From Chromatiales bacterium (GTDB lineage Bacteria > Pseudomonadota > Gammaproteobacteria > Steroidobacterales > Woeseiaceae): a stretch of 64,000 nucleotides of DNA. The translations under genes and the position numbers were made by a program. This document shows, piece by piece, positions 18,471 through 28,715 of this stretch. The notes beneath the pieces were generated by a model. That model was not told where the DNA came from. It saw only the letters and a list, made by a program, of their open reading frames with translations, and did no database searches. Every line of letters starts with the position of its first letter. Position 1 is the first letter of the stretch. The stretch is from contig SHLT01000003.1 of assembly GCA_004282875.1 (NCBI GenBank), positions 12,917 through 76,916 on the forward strand, given 5' to 3'.

Positions 18471-19349
18471 TTGAAGACGTTGCGCGATGCAATTCGGCAG
18501 AAGGACCTTGTCATCACGGCAGACCTGCCGCTATCACCAACGACCACGGCTGAGGATATCGAGTCAGCGGCATTGGCGCTGCGGTCCGTCGTTGATGCTG
18601 TGCAGATCATTGATGACCGCGAGGCGTCCGGTCACATGTCGTCACTCGCCGCCGCCGCGATCGCATTGCGAGCGGGCATTGACCCGGTGTTGCATCTGAC
18701 GGCCCGGGATCGCAATCGGGTTGCGTTGCAGGCAGAGCTTCTCGGCGCCGCAGCGCTGGGATTGACGTCCCTGGTTATCTCCCGTGGCGAGAAGCTGTCG
18801 AAAAAGGAGTTCCTGCGCGGCAAGGGCGTGTTCGATACCAACGAAGCCCGTTTCATGGGTATGGCACGGCGGGTCGGCGAGGAATCCGGCCTCGTCTCCG
18901 CGCCCGGCTTTCTTCTCGGAACCTACGTGACGGTCTTTGCCCCGGCCGACAATTGGCAGGCGAAGCGCATTGGTGAATCCCTGGATACCGGCGTCAGTAT
19001 CCTCTACACACAGCCCTGCCTCAACAGCCGCCTGCTTGGCCTGTACATGAAGAAGCTCGTCGAGAAGAAAATTCTGCACCGCGCATCGGTCATCGCCGAG
19101 GTGCCGCTACTGGGTTCTCGCGAAAGCGCCCGAGACTACAAGAAGAAAAACCCGATCGCCCTGATTCCCGACACGACGGTGAAACGCATTGTTGAGGCCG
19201 ATGATCCGGCGGACGCCGGTTTTGCGGCCTGTGTCGAGATGCTGCGCGAGACGCGTTCTATCCCCGGCATAGCGGGTGTGACTATCCGGCACACTGGCAG
19301 CGCCCAAAACGTCGTCGCGGCTGTCGAAGCTGCCGGCCTCGCGAGCTAG
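18471..19349 (+). CDS. Methylenetetrahydrofolate reductase-family protein (divergent)
   Basis: HMSSLA, HLTARDRNRVALQAELLGA, GVFD and YTQP motifs. Confidence 0.8.
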   Translation: MKTLRDAIRQKDLVITADLPLSPTTTAEDIESAALALRSVVDAVQIIDDREASGHMSSLAAAAIALRAGIDPVLHLTARDRNRVALQAELLGAAALGLTSLVISRGEKLSKKEFLRGKGVFDTNEARFMGMARRVGEESGLVSAPGFLLGTYVTVFAPADNWQAKRIGESLDTGVSILYTQPCLNSRLLGLYMKKLVEKKILHRASVIAEVPLLGSRESARDYKKKNPIALIPDTTVKRIVEADDPADAGFAACVEMLRETRSIPGIAGVTIRHTGSAQNVVAAVEAAGLAS

Positions 19350-20314
19350 GAAACGCTCGGCACGGGATAAGGCCAGACCTCGAGTCCGTGGATCGCGTTG
19401 CGTATATCCCTGGAAAAATTAACAGACATGACGGACTGTCCGCTGGCGAGGTCGAAAACCGAGACAGTCGATGGCGATGAGCCGGCGGCGATGAGCTGGT
19501 CGTTAATCAGGCAGAGACCTCGCCCGAACCCCTGTCGCGCAATTTTTGAATCGTCAATACCCGCAAACTCCAGTTCGTCGTCGGGATAGGTCGGAAACGG
19601 AAACCGTCGTTCTTCGCCGTCGCGCCGGACATAGCGCAGGAAGTTGGCAGCCGTGTCGTTGAAGATCACGCCGTCATCGGTCAGGCAGGCGTTGTGAACA
19701 CCCTCGGGCAGTTCGACCTGGGGCTGCAGGCTGGCGCCGGGCGCGAGGCTGATGATGCCGCGAGTGCGCAGGCCGGCGAACGACAGGCCGGCCGCACTGC
19801 AGTCGACGTAGTTGATGTGCAATTGGTTTCTCGATGGCGGACCGACATCGCTCTTGGGGTCGAAGCGGTGTGCCTGCCAGTCGCCGTCGACCTTGGCGGC
19901 GTGCAGGCCCCAGGTAAATTCCTGCGCGGCGAGGTCAAAGGCGAGAATGCTGTCGAACCCCGTACTGGCCAGGTAGAGCTTGCCGTCATGCACTGAGATT
20001 TCGTGGCAGTGTTTGAGGTAGGGGCTGCGAAACGAGCGCAGTTGCCGAAACTGCTGGTCGTACACAAAGAGTTCGTCGCTGGCTGCGATGTACACCTCGC
20101 CGTCGTGAAACGCGATGCCGCGCAAACCGCGATCCCAGCCACGGCCCGCCCAGTCGATGTTCGCGGTATTCCAGTCGAGGACCTGCAGGACGGACTGCGA
20201 CGCGGGGTCGACAATGAAGACACCACCGTGGCTTTGGCCCTGTTCGCTCCCCCGTACCACGGAGGTCGCGATCAACGGCGGGATATCGGATACTGACTGG
20301 ATTGTTTCTGACAT
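19346..20314 (-). CDS. His-rich beta-propeller protein of unknown function (DUF4915/aryl-sulfotransferase-like)
   Basis: Blade-like repeats GLRGIAF, HCHEI, LHIN, GVHNA, GFGRGL and AIHGL. Confidence 0.7.
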   Translation of the reverse strand: MSETIQSVSDIPPLIATSVVRGSEQGQSHGGVFIVDPASQSVLQVLDWNTANIDWAGRGWDRGLRGIAFHDGEVYIAASDELFVYDQQFRQLRSFRSPYLKHCHEISVHDGKLYLASTGFDSILAFDLAAQEFTWGLHAAKVDGDWQAHRFDPKSDVGPPSRNQLHINYVDCSAAGLSFAGLRTRGIISLAPGASLQPQVELPEGVHNACLTDDGVIFNDTAANFLRYVRRDGEERRFPFPTYPDDELEFAGIDDSKIARQGFGRGLCLINDQLIAAGSSPSTVSVFDLASGQSVMSVNFSRDIRNAIHGLEVWPYPVPSVS

Positions 20315-20329
20315 GAGGTCGGACGGTAC

Positions 20330-21685
20330 ATGACCGACACAGATTCGACAATTGTCGCGTCAACCTGGACGCAAGCGCTGCGCCCGCCGGAAAAACTCCC
20401 GAAGGCGGCCGATGTCGTCATCATCGGCGGCGGCATTGTGGGCGTGTCGACGGCGTGGTTTCTCGCCCGGCAGGGCGTGCAGGTCGTGCTCTGTGAAAAA
20501 GGCCATATCGCCGGCGAACAGTCGGGCCGGAACTGGGGCTGGGTCCGTGTGCAGGGCCGCGATGCTCGCGAGATCCCTATGATGCTCGAATCGATTCGCA
20601 TCTGGGACCGGCTGCAGGAGGACACGGGTGAGGATGTGGGTTTCGTCCGGCGTGGCTGCCTGTTCACGGCGGGCAGCGACAAGGAGATGCGGTCTTTCGA
20701 AAACTGGATCGCCGTTGCCGGGGACTACGGTATTGAGTCCCGGCTGCTATCCGCGACGGAGCTGAAGAAGCTGGTCCCGGGATCGGCATTGAAACGGGCC
20801 GGCGCAGTCTATACAGAGTCGGACGGCCGCGCGGAGCCGCACAAGGCGGCACCCGCGATCGCCAGGGCGGCGCAGCGTGCCGGCGCCACGATCCTGACGT
20901 CCTGTGCCGTTCGCGGTATCGAAACCAGCGGCGGGGCCGTATCGGCGGTGGTCACGGAGCACGGCACAATCAGTGCGCCGACGGTGCTCTGCGCCGCGGG
21001 AGCCTGGTCGTCAATGTTCTGCAGGTCGCTCGGTGTTGGTGTTCCGCAGTTGAAAGTCCGCGGCACCGTTGCGCGTACCGCGCCCTGCGAAAACGTCCTC
21101 GAGGGCAACCTGTTCGATGAGCGGCTTGGCGTTCGGCGGCGGCAGGACGGCGGACTCACTTTAGCTCATGGCACCATTCTGCAGCACCCTGTTACGCCCT
21201 CGACATTTCGCTGGGGCGTCAAGTTCATCCCGGCGCTCATGCAGGAGCTGAAAGTGTTGCGCCTGTCGTTCGGCAAGGAGTTTTTCGAGGAATGGCGGCA
21301 GCCGGCAAGCTGGGATCTCGACGCGGTGTCGCCGTTTGAGCAAACCCGCGTACTCAACCCGGAGCCGAGCGCCAAGGTACTCAAGGGCATACGCAGGAAC
21401 CTCGACACGATGTTCCCGCAGCTGGCCGATACGCCGATCGTCGAAAGCTGGGCGGGAATGGTGGAAACTTCGCCGGATGTTGTGCCGATGATCGGCGCGG
21501 TCGACGGCAAGCCCGGTTTTTATCTTGCGACCGGTTTCAGCGGGCACGGATTCGGTCTTGGGCCCGGTGCGGGCAAGGTGATAGCGGGCATGCTGACAAA
21601 CACCGACACGGGCATCGACATTGCGCCACTGCGGCTCGGCCGCTTTTTTGACGGCAGCCCGATCAAGCCGCAGTCCACGATCTAA
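20330..21685 (+). CDS. FAD-dependent D-amino acid oxidase (DAO)-family oxidoreductase
   Basis: IIGGGIVG, GEQSGRNWGW, WAG and GFSGHGFGLGP. Confidence 0.88.
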   Translation: MTDTDSTIVASTWTQALRPPEKLPKAADVVIIGGGIVGVSTAWFLARQGVQVVLCEKGHIAGEQSGRNWGWVRVQGRDAREIPMMLESIRIWDRLQEDTGEDVGFVRRGCLFTAGSDKEMRSFENWIAVAGDYGIESRLLSATELKKLVPGSALKRAGAVYTESDGRAEPHKAAPAIARAAQRAGATILTSCAVRGIETSGGAVSAVVTEHGTISAPTVLCAAGAWSSMFCRSLGVGVPQLKVRGTVARTAPCENVLEGNLFDERLGVRRRQDGGLTLAHGTILQHPVTPSTFRWGVKFIPALMQELKVLRLSFGKEFFEEWRQPASWDLDAVSPFEQTRVLNPEPSAKVLKGIRRNLDTMFPQLADTPIVESWAGMVETSPDVVPMIGAVDGKPGFYLATGFSGHGFGLGPGAGKVIAGMLTNTDTGIDIAPLRLGRFFDGSPIKPQSTI

Positions 21686-21700
21686 AAGGGACCGAAACTC

Positions 21701-22516
21701 ATGAAAGACGCAATCGATATCGCAGTCGTCACGGGTGGCGGACACGGCATCGGCCGCGCGCTATGCCGGCGCCTGCATCGCGACGGCACCAAGGTCGTTG
21801 TCGCAGACCTCGACGCAGCGGCGGCCGGAGTCGTGGCTGCAGAGATAGATGGTGTCGCCATGGCGCTTGACGTAGCTGATGAGCAGGCAATACGCGAACT
21901 GGTCGACGAGGTCGAGCGCGAGCTCGGACCCATAGACCTGTTCGTTTCAAATGCGGGCGTGGCGTTCGGTGATGGACCAAGCGGCGCGACATCCGCGAAA
22001 GGTGGCTTAAACCCCGCGGACGACCGCTGGGAAGCCTGCTGGCGCGTTAATGTGATGGCGCACGTCTTCGCGGCGCGCGCTCTGGTTCCGCGCATGCTGG
22101 AGCGCGGCGGCGGCCGAATCGTGAATGTCGCCTCGGCGGCGGGACTGCTCAGCCAGATCGGCGACGCGGCCTATTCGACGACCAAGCACGCGGCCGTGGG
22201 TTTCGCCGAGTCGCTGGCGATCGACTACGGCGATCGTGGTATCCAGGTCTCGGTAGTCTGCCCACAGGCTGTCGCGACGCGCATGATCGGTATCGAAGAC
22301 GATGCCGACTCGATGGATGGCGGCTTCGGCGGCAATGATGTCGACGGCATCATGAGCGCCGACGACGTGGCGGACATTATCGTTGCCGGGGCACTTGATG
22401 GGCGTTTCCTGATACTTACGCATCCCGAAGTCGCAACCTATGTGCAGCGCAAGGCGAGCGATCACGACCGCTGGATCGGCGGCATGCAGCGCTTCAGGGA
22501 AAAACTCAAGACTTAG
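21701..22516 (+). CDS. Short-chain dehydrogenase/reductase
   Basis: TGGGHGIG, SNAG and YSTTK. Confidence 0.9.
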   Translation: MKDAIDIAVVTGGGHGIGRALCRRLHRDGTKVVVADLDAAAAGVVAAEIDGVAMALDVADEQAIRELVDEVERELGPIDLFVSNAGVAFGDGPSGATSAKGGLNPADDRWEACWRVNVMAHVFAARALVPRMLERGGGRIVNVASAAGLLSQIGDAAYSTTKHAAVGFAESLAIDYGDRGIQVSVVCPQAVATRMIGIEDDADSMDGGFGGNDVDGIMSADDVADIIVAGALDGRFLILTHPEVATYVQRKASDHDRWIGGMQRFREKLKT

Positions 22517-22845
22517 GGCGAGCCGCTCGCCTGCCAGAGCACCGACGAGCGCTGTCCCGAGTTGCAATAGGCGAGCACCAGGCCGGAACTGGCGGTAACG
22601 GCGTCCCGGAAATTCTCGACCATTTCCATCGTGAGTCCACTGCGGCCGATGGGGATATTGTGGAACGTAATATTGTGTGCTTTGCATTCGTCCGCAATTG
22701 CAGAGGCAGTGGGCTGCCTGAAATCTTCGCCATCGGGACGATTGCAGATGATTGTCGTGAAGCCGTCGGCGGCCAGCGCGGCGACGTCGTCGGGTCCTAT
22801 CTGCGAGGCAACGGCGCAGGTTTCGCTGAGTCGATAAATCGGCAT
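22513..22845 (-). CDS. TIGR01244/DUF442 sulfurtransferase (Blh N-domain-like)
   Basis: IICNRPDGE and AYCNSGQRS. Confidence 0.85.
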   Translation of the reverse strand: MPIYRLSETCAVASQIGPDDVAALAADGFTTIICNRPDGEDFRQPTASAIADECKAHNITFHNIPIGRSGLTMEMVENFRDAVTASSGLVLAYCNSGQRSSVLWQASGSP

Positions 22846-22849
22846 TGGC

Positions 22850-23713
22850 TCAGACGGCGTCCAACGGGATCTTCAGGTAGCGCACGTCATTGTCTTCCGG
22901 GTCCGGAAGCTCGCCGGCACGAAGGTTGACCTGCAGCGACGGCAGAATGAGCTTGGGCATGCCAAGCTGGCTGTCGCGGCCCTCTCGCATTTCTACAAAC
23001 TCGTCGCGCGACACGTTCTCATTGATATGGATGTTGTTGGCCTTTTGCTCGGCGACGCTCGTTTCCCAGGCGAATTCGTCACGCCCCGGCGCCTTGTAAT
23101 CGTGACACATGAACAGGCGCGTATCGCCAGGCAGGGCGAGGATCTTGCGGATCGACTCGTACAACTGCGGCGCACTGCCGCCCGGGAAGTCCGTGCGGGC
23201 GCTGCCGAAGTCGGGCATGAACAGCGTGTCGCCCACGAAGGCCGCGTCGCCAATGACGTATGTGATGCAGGCCGGCGTGTGGCCGGGCGTGGCGATTACG
23301 TGACCCGCGATGTCGCCAATGGCGATGCTGTCCGCGTCGCCGAAGAGGTGGTCGAACTGGCTGCCGTCGGTGGCGAGGTCCTTGAGATTGAAGACGCCTT
23401 TGAAGGTTTCCTGCACGGCCGCGACATCCTTGCCGATCGCCGCTTTGCCACCGAGTTTTTCTCTTATATAAGGAGCGCCGCTCAGGTGGTCCGCATGGAC
23501 GTGCGTTTCCAGTATCCAGTCGACGCCGAGATTGTTGTCGTTGACGTGCGCCACTACCTTGTCGGCAGATGCCGTCGAGGTCCTTCCCGATGCCGGGTCG
23601 AAGTCGAGCACCGGGTCGATGACCGCGGCGCGGCCCGTGGCAGGGTCGCTGACCACGTAGGTGACGGTAAACGTGGCTTCGTCGAAGAACGCCGATACGT
23701 TAGGCTTGCTCAT
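22850..23713 (-). CDS. Persulfide dioxygenase (ETHE1/Blh-like MBL-fold)
   Basis: ETHVHADHLS, TPGHTPAC, GDTLF, ARTDFPGG, CHDY and PKLILPSLQVN. Confidence 0.9.
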   Translation of the reverse strand: MSKPNVSAFFDEATFTVTYVVSDPATGRAAVIDPVLDFDPASGRTSTASADKVVAHVNDNNLGVDWILETHVHADHLSGAPYIREKLGGKAAIGKDVAAVQETFKGVFNLKDLATDGSQFDHLFGDADSIAIGDIAGHVIATPGHTPACITYVIGDAAFVGDTLFMPDFGSARTDFPGGSAPQLYESIRKILALPGDTRLFMCHDYKAPGRDEFAWETSVAEQKANNIHINENVSRDEFVEMREGRDSQLGMPKLILPSLQVNLRAGELPDPEDNDVRYLKIPLDAV

Positions 23714-23734
23714 GGGATGTAACCAGATACTAGA

Positions 23735-24814
23735 ATGTCTTTATATTATAAAAACCTAATATATTCCTGTCAATTTGTCCTGCTCCTGGGGGCTCTCCAG
23801 GCAGCCGATGCTTACGAGTTGGAGGCCACGGAAATGGCACCGATGCCTGTGGCAGTCAGCAATAACGGCCTGGTTGGGCTCGATGTGGACGGTACCGGCT
23901 ACATCGTGAGTTTCGCGGGGCTGGGTAACGGGCGCAGCGACGAAGATACGCTCGCTACGACCTGGGTGTACGACGCTCGCAGCGCCAAATGGTCGCAGGC
24001 CGATGATGTGCCGGGTGGCGTCGGCCGCCTTGCATCGACCGCCGCCGCGGCCGGGGAGCGTGCGTTTATCTTCGGGGGCTATACCGTCGAGGAAGACGGC
24101 AGCGAGGTGTCCACACCATGGACCCATGCGTTCGACCCGGTGACAGGCGTCTTCGAGGAGCGGGCCCCTATGCCGGTCCCTGTGGACGACTCGATCGCGC
24201 TGACCTGGCAGGACCGCTACATCTACTTGCTTAGTGGCTGGCACAACTCGGGCAATGTGAACCTCGTGCAACGCTACGACACGATCGAGAACACGTGGGT
24301 GCAGGCGACCCCGATTCCGGGTCCGGGTGTGTTCGGCCAGGCCGGCGGGATTGTCGGCAACACGATTGCGTACTGCGATGGTGTGGCGATCAAGCCGCAT
24401 CCCGAGCAACGCCGCGACTTCGTTGCCAGCAACCGGTGCTTTCGCGGCGCTATCCGGCCCGACGACCCATCCCGAATCGACTGGCACACGCTATCGCCGC
24501 ATCCGGGCCCGCCGCGTTACCGCATGGCAGCGGCCGGTAGCGACGCGCTAGGCGCAGTCGTCTTCGTTGGCGGAAGCGACAATCCGTACAACTACAATGG
24601 CATCGGTTACAACGGTGAGCCGTCGCAGCCGGTTGCCGAAATCCTGTTACTCGATATCGAGTCCGGTGAGTGGCAGACGGTGGAGATAGATGCACCGGCG
24701 ACCATGGATCACCGCGCGCTCGTACCTTTCGGTGACGCACTCGTAACGGCCGGCGGCATGCTGGCGGACCAGCGCACCACGAAGCGCGTCATCGCCTATT
24801 CGATCAGGCGTTAA
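23735..24814 (+). CDS. Exported Kelch-repeat beta-propeller protein
   Basis: Repeated GG...Y...W Kelch blades; N-terminal hydrophobic signal; start uncertain. Confidence 0.75.
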   Translation: MSLYYKNLIYSCQFVLLLGALQAADAYELEATEMAPMPVAVSNNGLVGLDVDGTGYIVSFAGLGNGRSDEDTLATTWVYDARSAKWSQADDVPGGVGRLASTAAAAGERAFIFGGYTVEEDGSEVSTPWTHAFDPVTGVFEERAPMPVPVDDSIALTWQDRYIYLLSGWHNSGNVNLVQRYDTIENTWVQATPIPGPGVFGQAGGIVGNTIAYCDGVAIKPHPEQRRDFVASNRCFRGAIRPDDPSRIDWHTLSPHPGPPRYRMAAAGSDALGAVVFVGGSDNPYNYNGIGYNGEPSQPVAEILLLDIESGEWQTVEIDAPATMDHRALVPFGDALVTAGGMLADQRTTKRVIAYSIRR

Positions 24815-26357
24815 CGAGCGCCTCGCGCAGCTCCTCAAATTCCGGCTTCAGTTTCGGCGGTGCTTTGCCGAGGCAGTGCTTGTCGCGCGGGCAGTTGGAA
24901 CTGCGCTGACAGATGATCGTGGCGTCTTTCGACGCGCCTTCACCAATCCAGCCAATGTTGAGGATCTTGCTGATGCTCTCGAGCTGCTTGCGTGACTCGG
25001 CCGGAATCGGCGCTGTACCGCCGCCCTTGTTGCAACTGGCCTCGATCATGTCGATGGTTTCGGCAGGGTCGATGTTCTGCGCCGTCAGCGCGGGCGCGAG
25101 GTCTACACCGGCGCAGAGCACGTGCGTATTGCCTGCCGCGTCCTTGCTGCGAATCGACTCGCAACAGTACAGGCGCTTGTCGTCACCTGACCTTAGTACG
25201 GAGATCTGTGCCGACGGTTTGGTCGATCGGGAATTGAGCATGCGAAAAACAGCCCAGTGCTGACACGGATCCGAGACCAGTCGCATATTGCCCCAAGGCA
25301 GCGGGATGCCATTGCCGCGATAGACAGCGCGCAGGTTGCCTGGCGGATATGCGTCGAAGTAGTGCCAATGAAGGTAAGGCGAGACACTCGACATGCGGCG
25401 CATTACCAGCGTATTGGTGAGTTCCGCCTTGTCGCCCGAGTCGATGGAATACGCATTGCGTGCAAGGAACTGCCGGAACGGAGTCTTGGGTGCGAGCAGG
25501 GCTGCGGCGAAATACGAGCATTCGAAATCTCGCCAGGCATAGAGAATGTCCTTGGCGTCGACATTCAATGACTCTGAATCGTGGCGCCGCCCCGTCGCGT
25601 GCCCGCCTGACATCTGCGGCGCGCGGGCGCCGTCTCCATCGTGCAGAACCTTGTGCCCGATCTGGTTGGCAAGGTCGAACTTGAGCCGCGCCGGATTTTT
25701 CCGCAGCAGCCGGTTAAGGAAAATCTTATCGGGCGAATCGAAGAATGAACGCACGAGCGTGTGGTTCTGCAGTTCATCATCGCCCCTTGCCTTGAAAGCG
25801 CTGTTATCGAACCACTCGATTTTGAGACCCAGGTCCTGGGCAATCTCGAAAACATCATCGACCCGCATCGGGAAATGCTTCTTGCCAATCCGTTCGGCCG
25901 CACGCTCGATATCGGGGAAGCGATTGTGGTTCTGTTCCTGGTGGGCACGAATCAGCAGGTGCGCAAACTGTCGACCGGTAGTGCCGGTCTGCGCGAGCAG
26001 TTCGGGGATGGCGAGCTGCAGCAGCGACTCGGAAAAAAGGAATCCGGGTTCGAGGGGCATGCCGCTGACCGCGGCTGACGGTGCCGTGTCGATGGCCTCC
26101 TCGTCGAGGGATTCGTCGAAGAACCAGTGGGTATCTTTCTGAAAGATATCGGCGATGATTTCGAGCAGGCGCTCGGATGGGACGCGCTTGCCGTTCTCGA
26201 TCATCGAGAGGTAGGACACCGATGGGCCGGCTTCGGCATCTATTTGCACGCAGCGGACCGACAGGTCTTCGAGCGTCAGTCGATTGCGTTTGCGCAGGCT
26301 TTTGATCTTGGTACCGAGAAAATGCGCCTTTCGCCGGAGTCCCTGTTGAGCCGTCAT
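24804..26357 (-). CDS. XRE-family regulator (RamB/ScfR-like, DUF3612-type), probable glyoxylate-shunt regulator
   Basis: HTH SVSYLSMIENGKRVPS; degenerate IrrE/M78 motif ANQIGH; Cys-rich C-terminus; divergent from glcB. Confidence 0.85.
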   Translation of the reverse strand: MTAQQGLRRKAHFLGTKIKSLRKRNRLTLEDLSVRCVQIDAEAGPSVSYLSMIENGKRVPSERLLEIIADIFQKDTHWFFDESLDEEAIDTAPSAAVSGMPLEPGFLFSESLLQLAIPELLAQTGTTGRQFAHLLIRAHQEQNHNRFPDIERAAERIGKKHFPMRVDDVFEIAQDLGLKIEWFDNSAFKARGDDELQNHTLVRSFFDSPDKIFLNRLLRKNPARLKFDLANQIGHKVLHDGDGARAPQMSGGHATGRRHDSESLNVDAKDILYAWRDFECSYFAAALLAPKTPFRQFLARNAYSIDSGDKAELTNTLVMRRMSSVSPYLHWHYFDAYPPGNLRAVYRGNGIPLPWGNMRLVSDPCQHWAVFRMLNSRSTKPSAQISVLRSGDDKRLYCCESIRSKDAAGNTHVLCAGVDLAPALTAQNIDPAETIDMIEASCNKGGGTAPIPAESRKQLESISKILNIGWIGEGASKDATIICQRSSNCPRDKHCLGKAPPKLKPEFEELREALVNA

Positions 26358-26369
26358 AATCCGCACCGG

Positions 26370-26410
26370 TGTGAAATTAACTAAGTGAAATTTTGCTTGT
26401 AAAATTTACA
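26370..26410. promoter_or_regulatory. Triple TGTGAAATT-type operator array (14-bp period)
   Basis: tgtgaaatt 26370, agtgaaatt 26384, tgtaaaatt 26398; the last is part of palindrome TGTAAA-A-TTTACA. Confidence 0.75.
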
Positions 26411-26480
26411 AAAATCAACTGCTAGTATAGCCTGCCGTTTGTTGCGCAATGATTGACAGTAGCTCGCATTACAGGAGGTA

Positions 26481-28703
26481 ATGAGCGTGCCCCCAGCCAT
26501 GGTTGAAGAAATGAGTAGCGACGAGAGCCGGCGTACCGGTGCCCTGACGGTTTCCCCTGTTTTCTCACAGTTTATTGAAGATGAGCTGCTGCCCGCGATC
26601 GGCGTCGATCCCGAGGTCTTCTGGCCGGGTGTCACGTCGATCATCGCGGACCTGACGCCGCTCAACCGGGCGCTCCTCGAGAAGCGCGATGAGATTCAGC
26701 GAGCGATCGACGAATGGCACGTCGCCAGGCGAGGAGACGCCTGGAACAAGGATGAGTACACCGAATTTCTCAAGGGCCTCGGCTACCTCGTGCCCGAGGG
26801 CGACACGTTCAGCGTCGAAACCGAGAATGTGGATCCGGAGATTGCCGAGATAGCCGGACCGCAACTCGTCGTTCCCGTTTCCAATGCCCGGTTTGCGATC
26901 AATGCAGCGAACGCGCGGTGGGGAAGCCTGTACGACGCGTTATACGGTACGGACGCGATCAGCGAGGAAAACGGCCAGGAGCGCGCCGGCAGGTACAACC
27001 CGACGCGCGGCGCCGCCGTAATTCGCTACGCGACCGCGTTCCTCGATGCCACCTTGCCGCTGGATGGTGTCAGCCATGCGGACGTCAACGCTTATGGCCT
27101 CGATCATCCCGACGCGGGTAACGTCTTCGTTGCGTCGCTGGCTAACGGCGACACGGTCGGCCTCGTCGACCCGCCGCAATTTGCAGGACACCAGGGCGAC
27201 GGCAAGCGGTGCGCGTACTTGTTCAGGAACAACGGCTTGCACATCGAGATGCTTGTCGATCCGGCGCACCCGATAGGCAAGGACGCAACAGCGAATCTCG
27301 CAGATGTCGTCCTCGAATCGGCGATATCGACGATCCAGGATTGCGAAGACTCGGTTGCCGCTGTCGACGCCGAAGACAAGGTCGGCGTTTATCGGAACTG
27401 GTTGGGCCTGATGCAGGCAGACCTCGCGGCGACCTTCGACAAAGGCGGCAAGATGATGACGCGGTCGCTGGAGCCGGATCGTGTGTATGTCGACCCGCAG
27501 GGTGAGACCTTTGCATTGTCCGGCCGCAGCCTGATGCTCGTGCGCAATGTTGGTCACCTGATGACCACTGACGCGGTTCTCGATGCCGACGGCAACGAGG
27601 TGTTCGAGGGCATTCTCGACGCCGTTGTGACCACGGCGTGCGCCATGACGGACCGTCGCCGTGAGGGTATGCAGCCGAACAGCCGCACCGGCAGCATTTA
27701 CATCGTCAAACCCAAGATGCACGGACCGCATGAAGTCGCCTTTACCGAAACCCTGTTCGACCGGGTTGAGCAGCTCTTTAAACTCAAGCCGAACACGATC
27801 AAGGTCGGCGTCATGGACGAAGAACGGCGCACGACGGTCAATCTCGCCGAGTGTATCCGCGCGGTACGCAAGCGCATCGTATTCATCAATACGGGTTTCC
27901 TCGATCGTACCGGCGACGAGATTCACACCAGCATGCAGGCCGGTACGGTCCTGCGCAAAGAGGCGATCAAGCAGGAGCCCTGGATCCTCGCGTACGAAGA
28001 TTGGAACGTCGACGTCGGTATTGCCTGCGGGCTGCCGGGCAGGGCGCAAATCGGCAAAGGCATGTGGGCAATGCCGGACGAGATGAAGCAGATGCTTGAT
28101 ACCAAGCAGGCACATCCGGAGGCTGGTGCCAGCTGTGCGTGGGTACCGTCGCCCACCGCCGCAACGCTGCATGCAATGCACTATCACGCAGTCGATGTGC
28201 GCGCCCGCCAGGAAGCACTGGCGAAACGGGAGATGGCGAGCCTCGACGATATTCTTACGCCGCCGCTAAGCGATGTCAGCGGGCTGACCGATGACGAAGT
28301 CCAGGCGGAGCTCGACAACAATGCGCAGGGCATCCTCGGCTATGTTGTACGCTGGATTAATAACGGCGTCGGCTGTTCCAAGGTGCCGGACATCAAGGAT
28401 GTGGGCTTAATGGAAGACCGTGCGACGCTGCGCATTTCGAGTCAGCACATGGCGAACTGGCTGCTGCACGGTGTTGTCACGAAACAGCAGGTCCTCGATA
28501 CCTTTACACGCATGGCGAAAGTCGTCGACAGGCAGAATGAGGGTGATGCATCATACGAACGCATGAGTGACGATTATGCTTCAAGCCTCGCTTTCCAGGC
28601 CGCGTGTGCGCTGGTGTTCGAGGGCTGCAATCAGCCCAGCGGATATACCGAACCCCTGTTGCACCAGTTCCGTCGGCAAAAGAAAGCGGAGCTTGCTGGC
28701 TGA
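26481..28703 (+). CDS. glcB: Malate synthase G
   Basis: [57 protein letters not shown] and [11 protein letters not shown]. Confidence 0.97.
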   Translation: MSVPPAMVEEMSSDESRRTGALTVSPVFSQFIEDELLPAIGVDPEVFWPGVTSIIADLTPLNRALLEKRDEIQRAIDEWHVARRGDAWNKDEYTEFLKGLGYLVPEGDTFSVETENVDPEIAEIAGPQLVVPVSNARFAINAANARWGSLYDALYGTDAISEENGQERAGRYNPTRGAAVIRYATAFLDATLPLDGVSHADVNAYGLDHPDAGNVFVASLANGDTVGLVDPPQFAGHQGDGKRCAYLFRNNGLHIEMLVDPAHPIGKDATANLADVVLESAISTIQDCEDSVAAVDAEDKVGVYRNWLGLMQADLAATFDKGGKMMTRSLEPDRVYVDPQGETFALSGRSLMLVRNVGHLMTTDAVLDADGNEVFEGILDAVVTTACAMTDRRREGMQPNSRTGSIYIVKPKMHGPHEVAFTETLFDRVEQLFKLKPNTIKVGVMDEERRTTVNLAECIRAVRKRIVFINTGFLDRTGDEIHTSMQAGTVLRKEAIKQEPWILAYEDWNVDVGIACGLPGRAQIGKGMWAMPDEMKQMLDTKQAHPEAGASCAWVPSPTAATLHAMHYHAVDVRARQEALAKREMASLDDILTPPLSDVSGLTDDEVQAELDNNAQGILGYVVRWINNGVGCSKVPDIKDVGLMEDRATLRISSQHMANWLLHGVVTKQQVLDTFTRMAKVVDRQNEGDASYERMSDDYASSLAFQAACALVFEGCNQPSGYTEPLLHQFRRQKKAELAG

Positions 28704-28715
28704 CACGAGTCTTCC

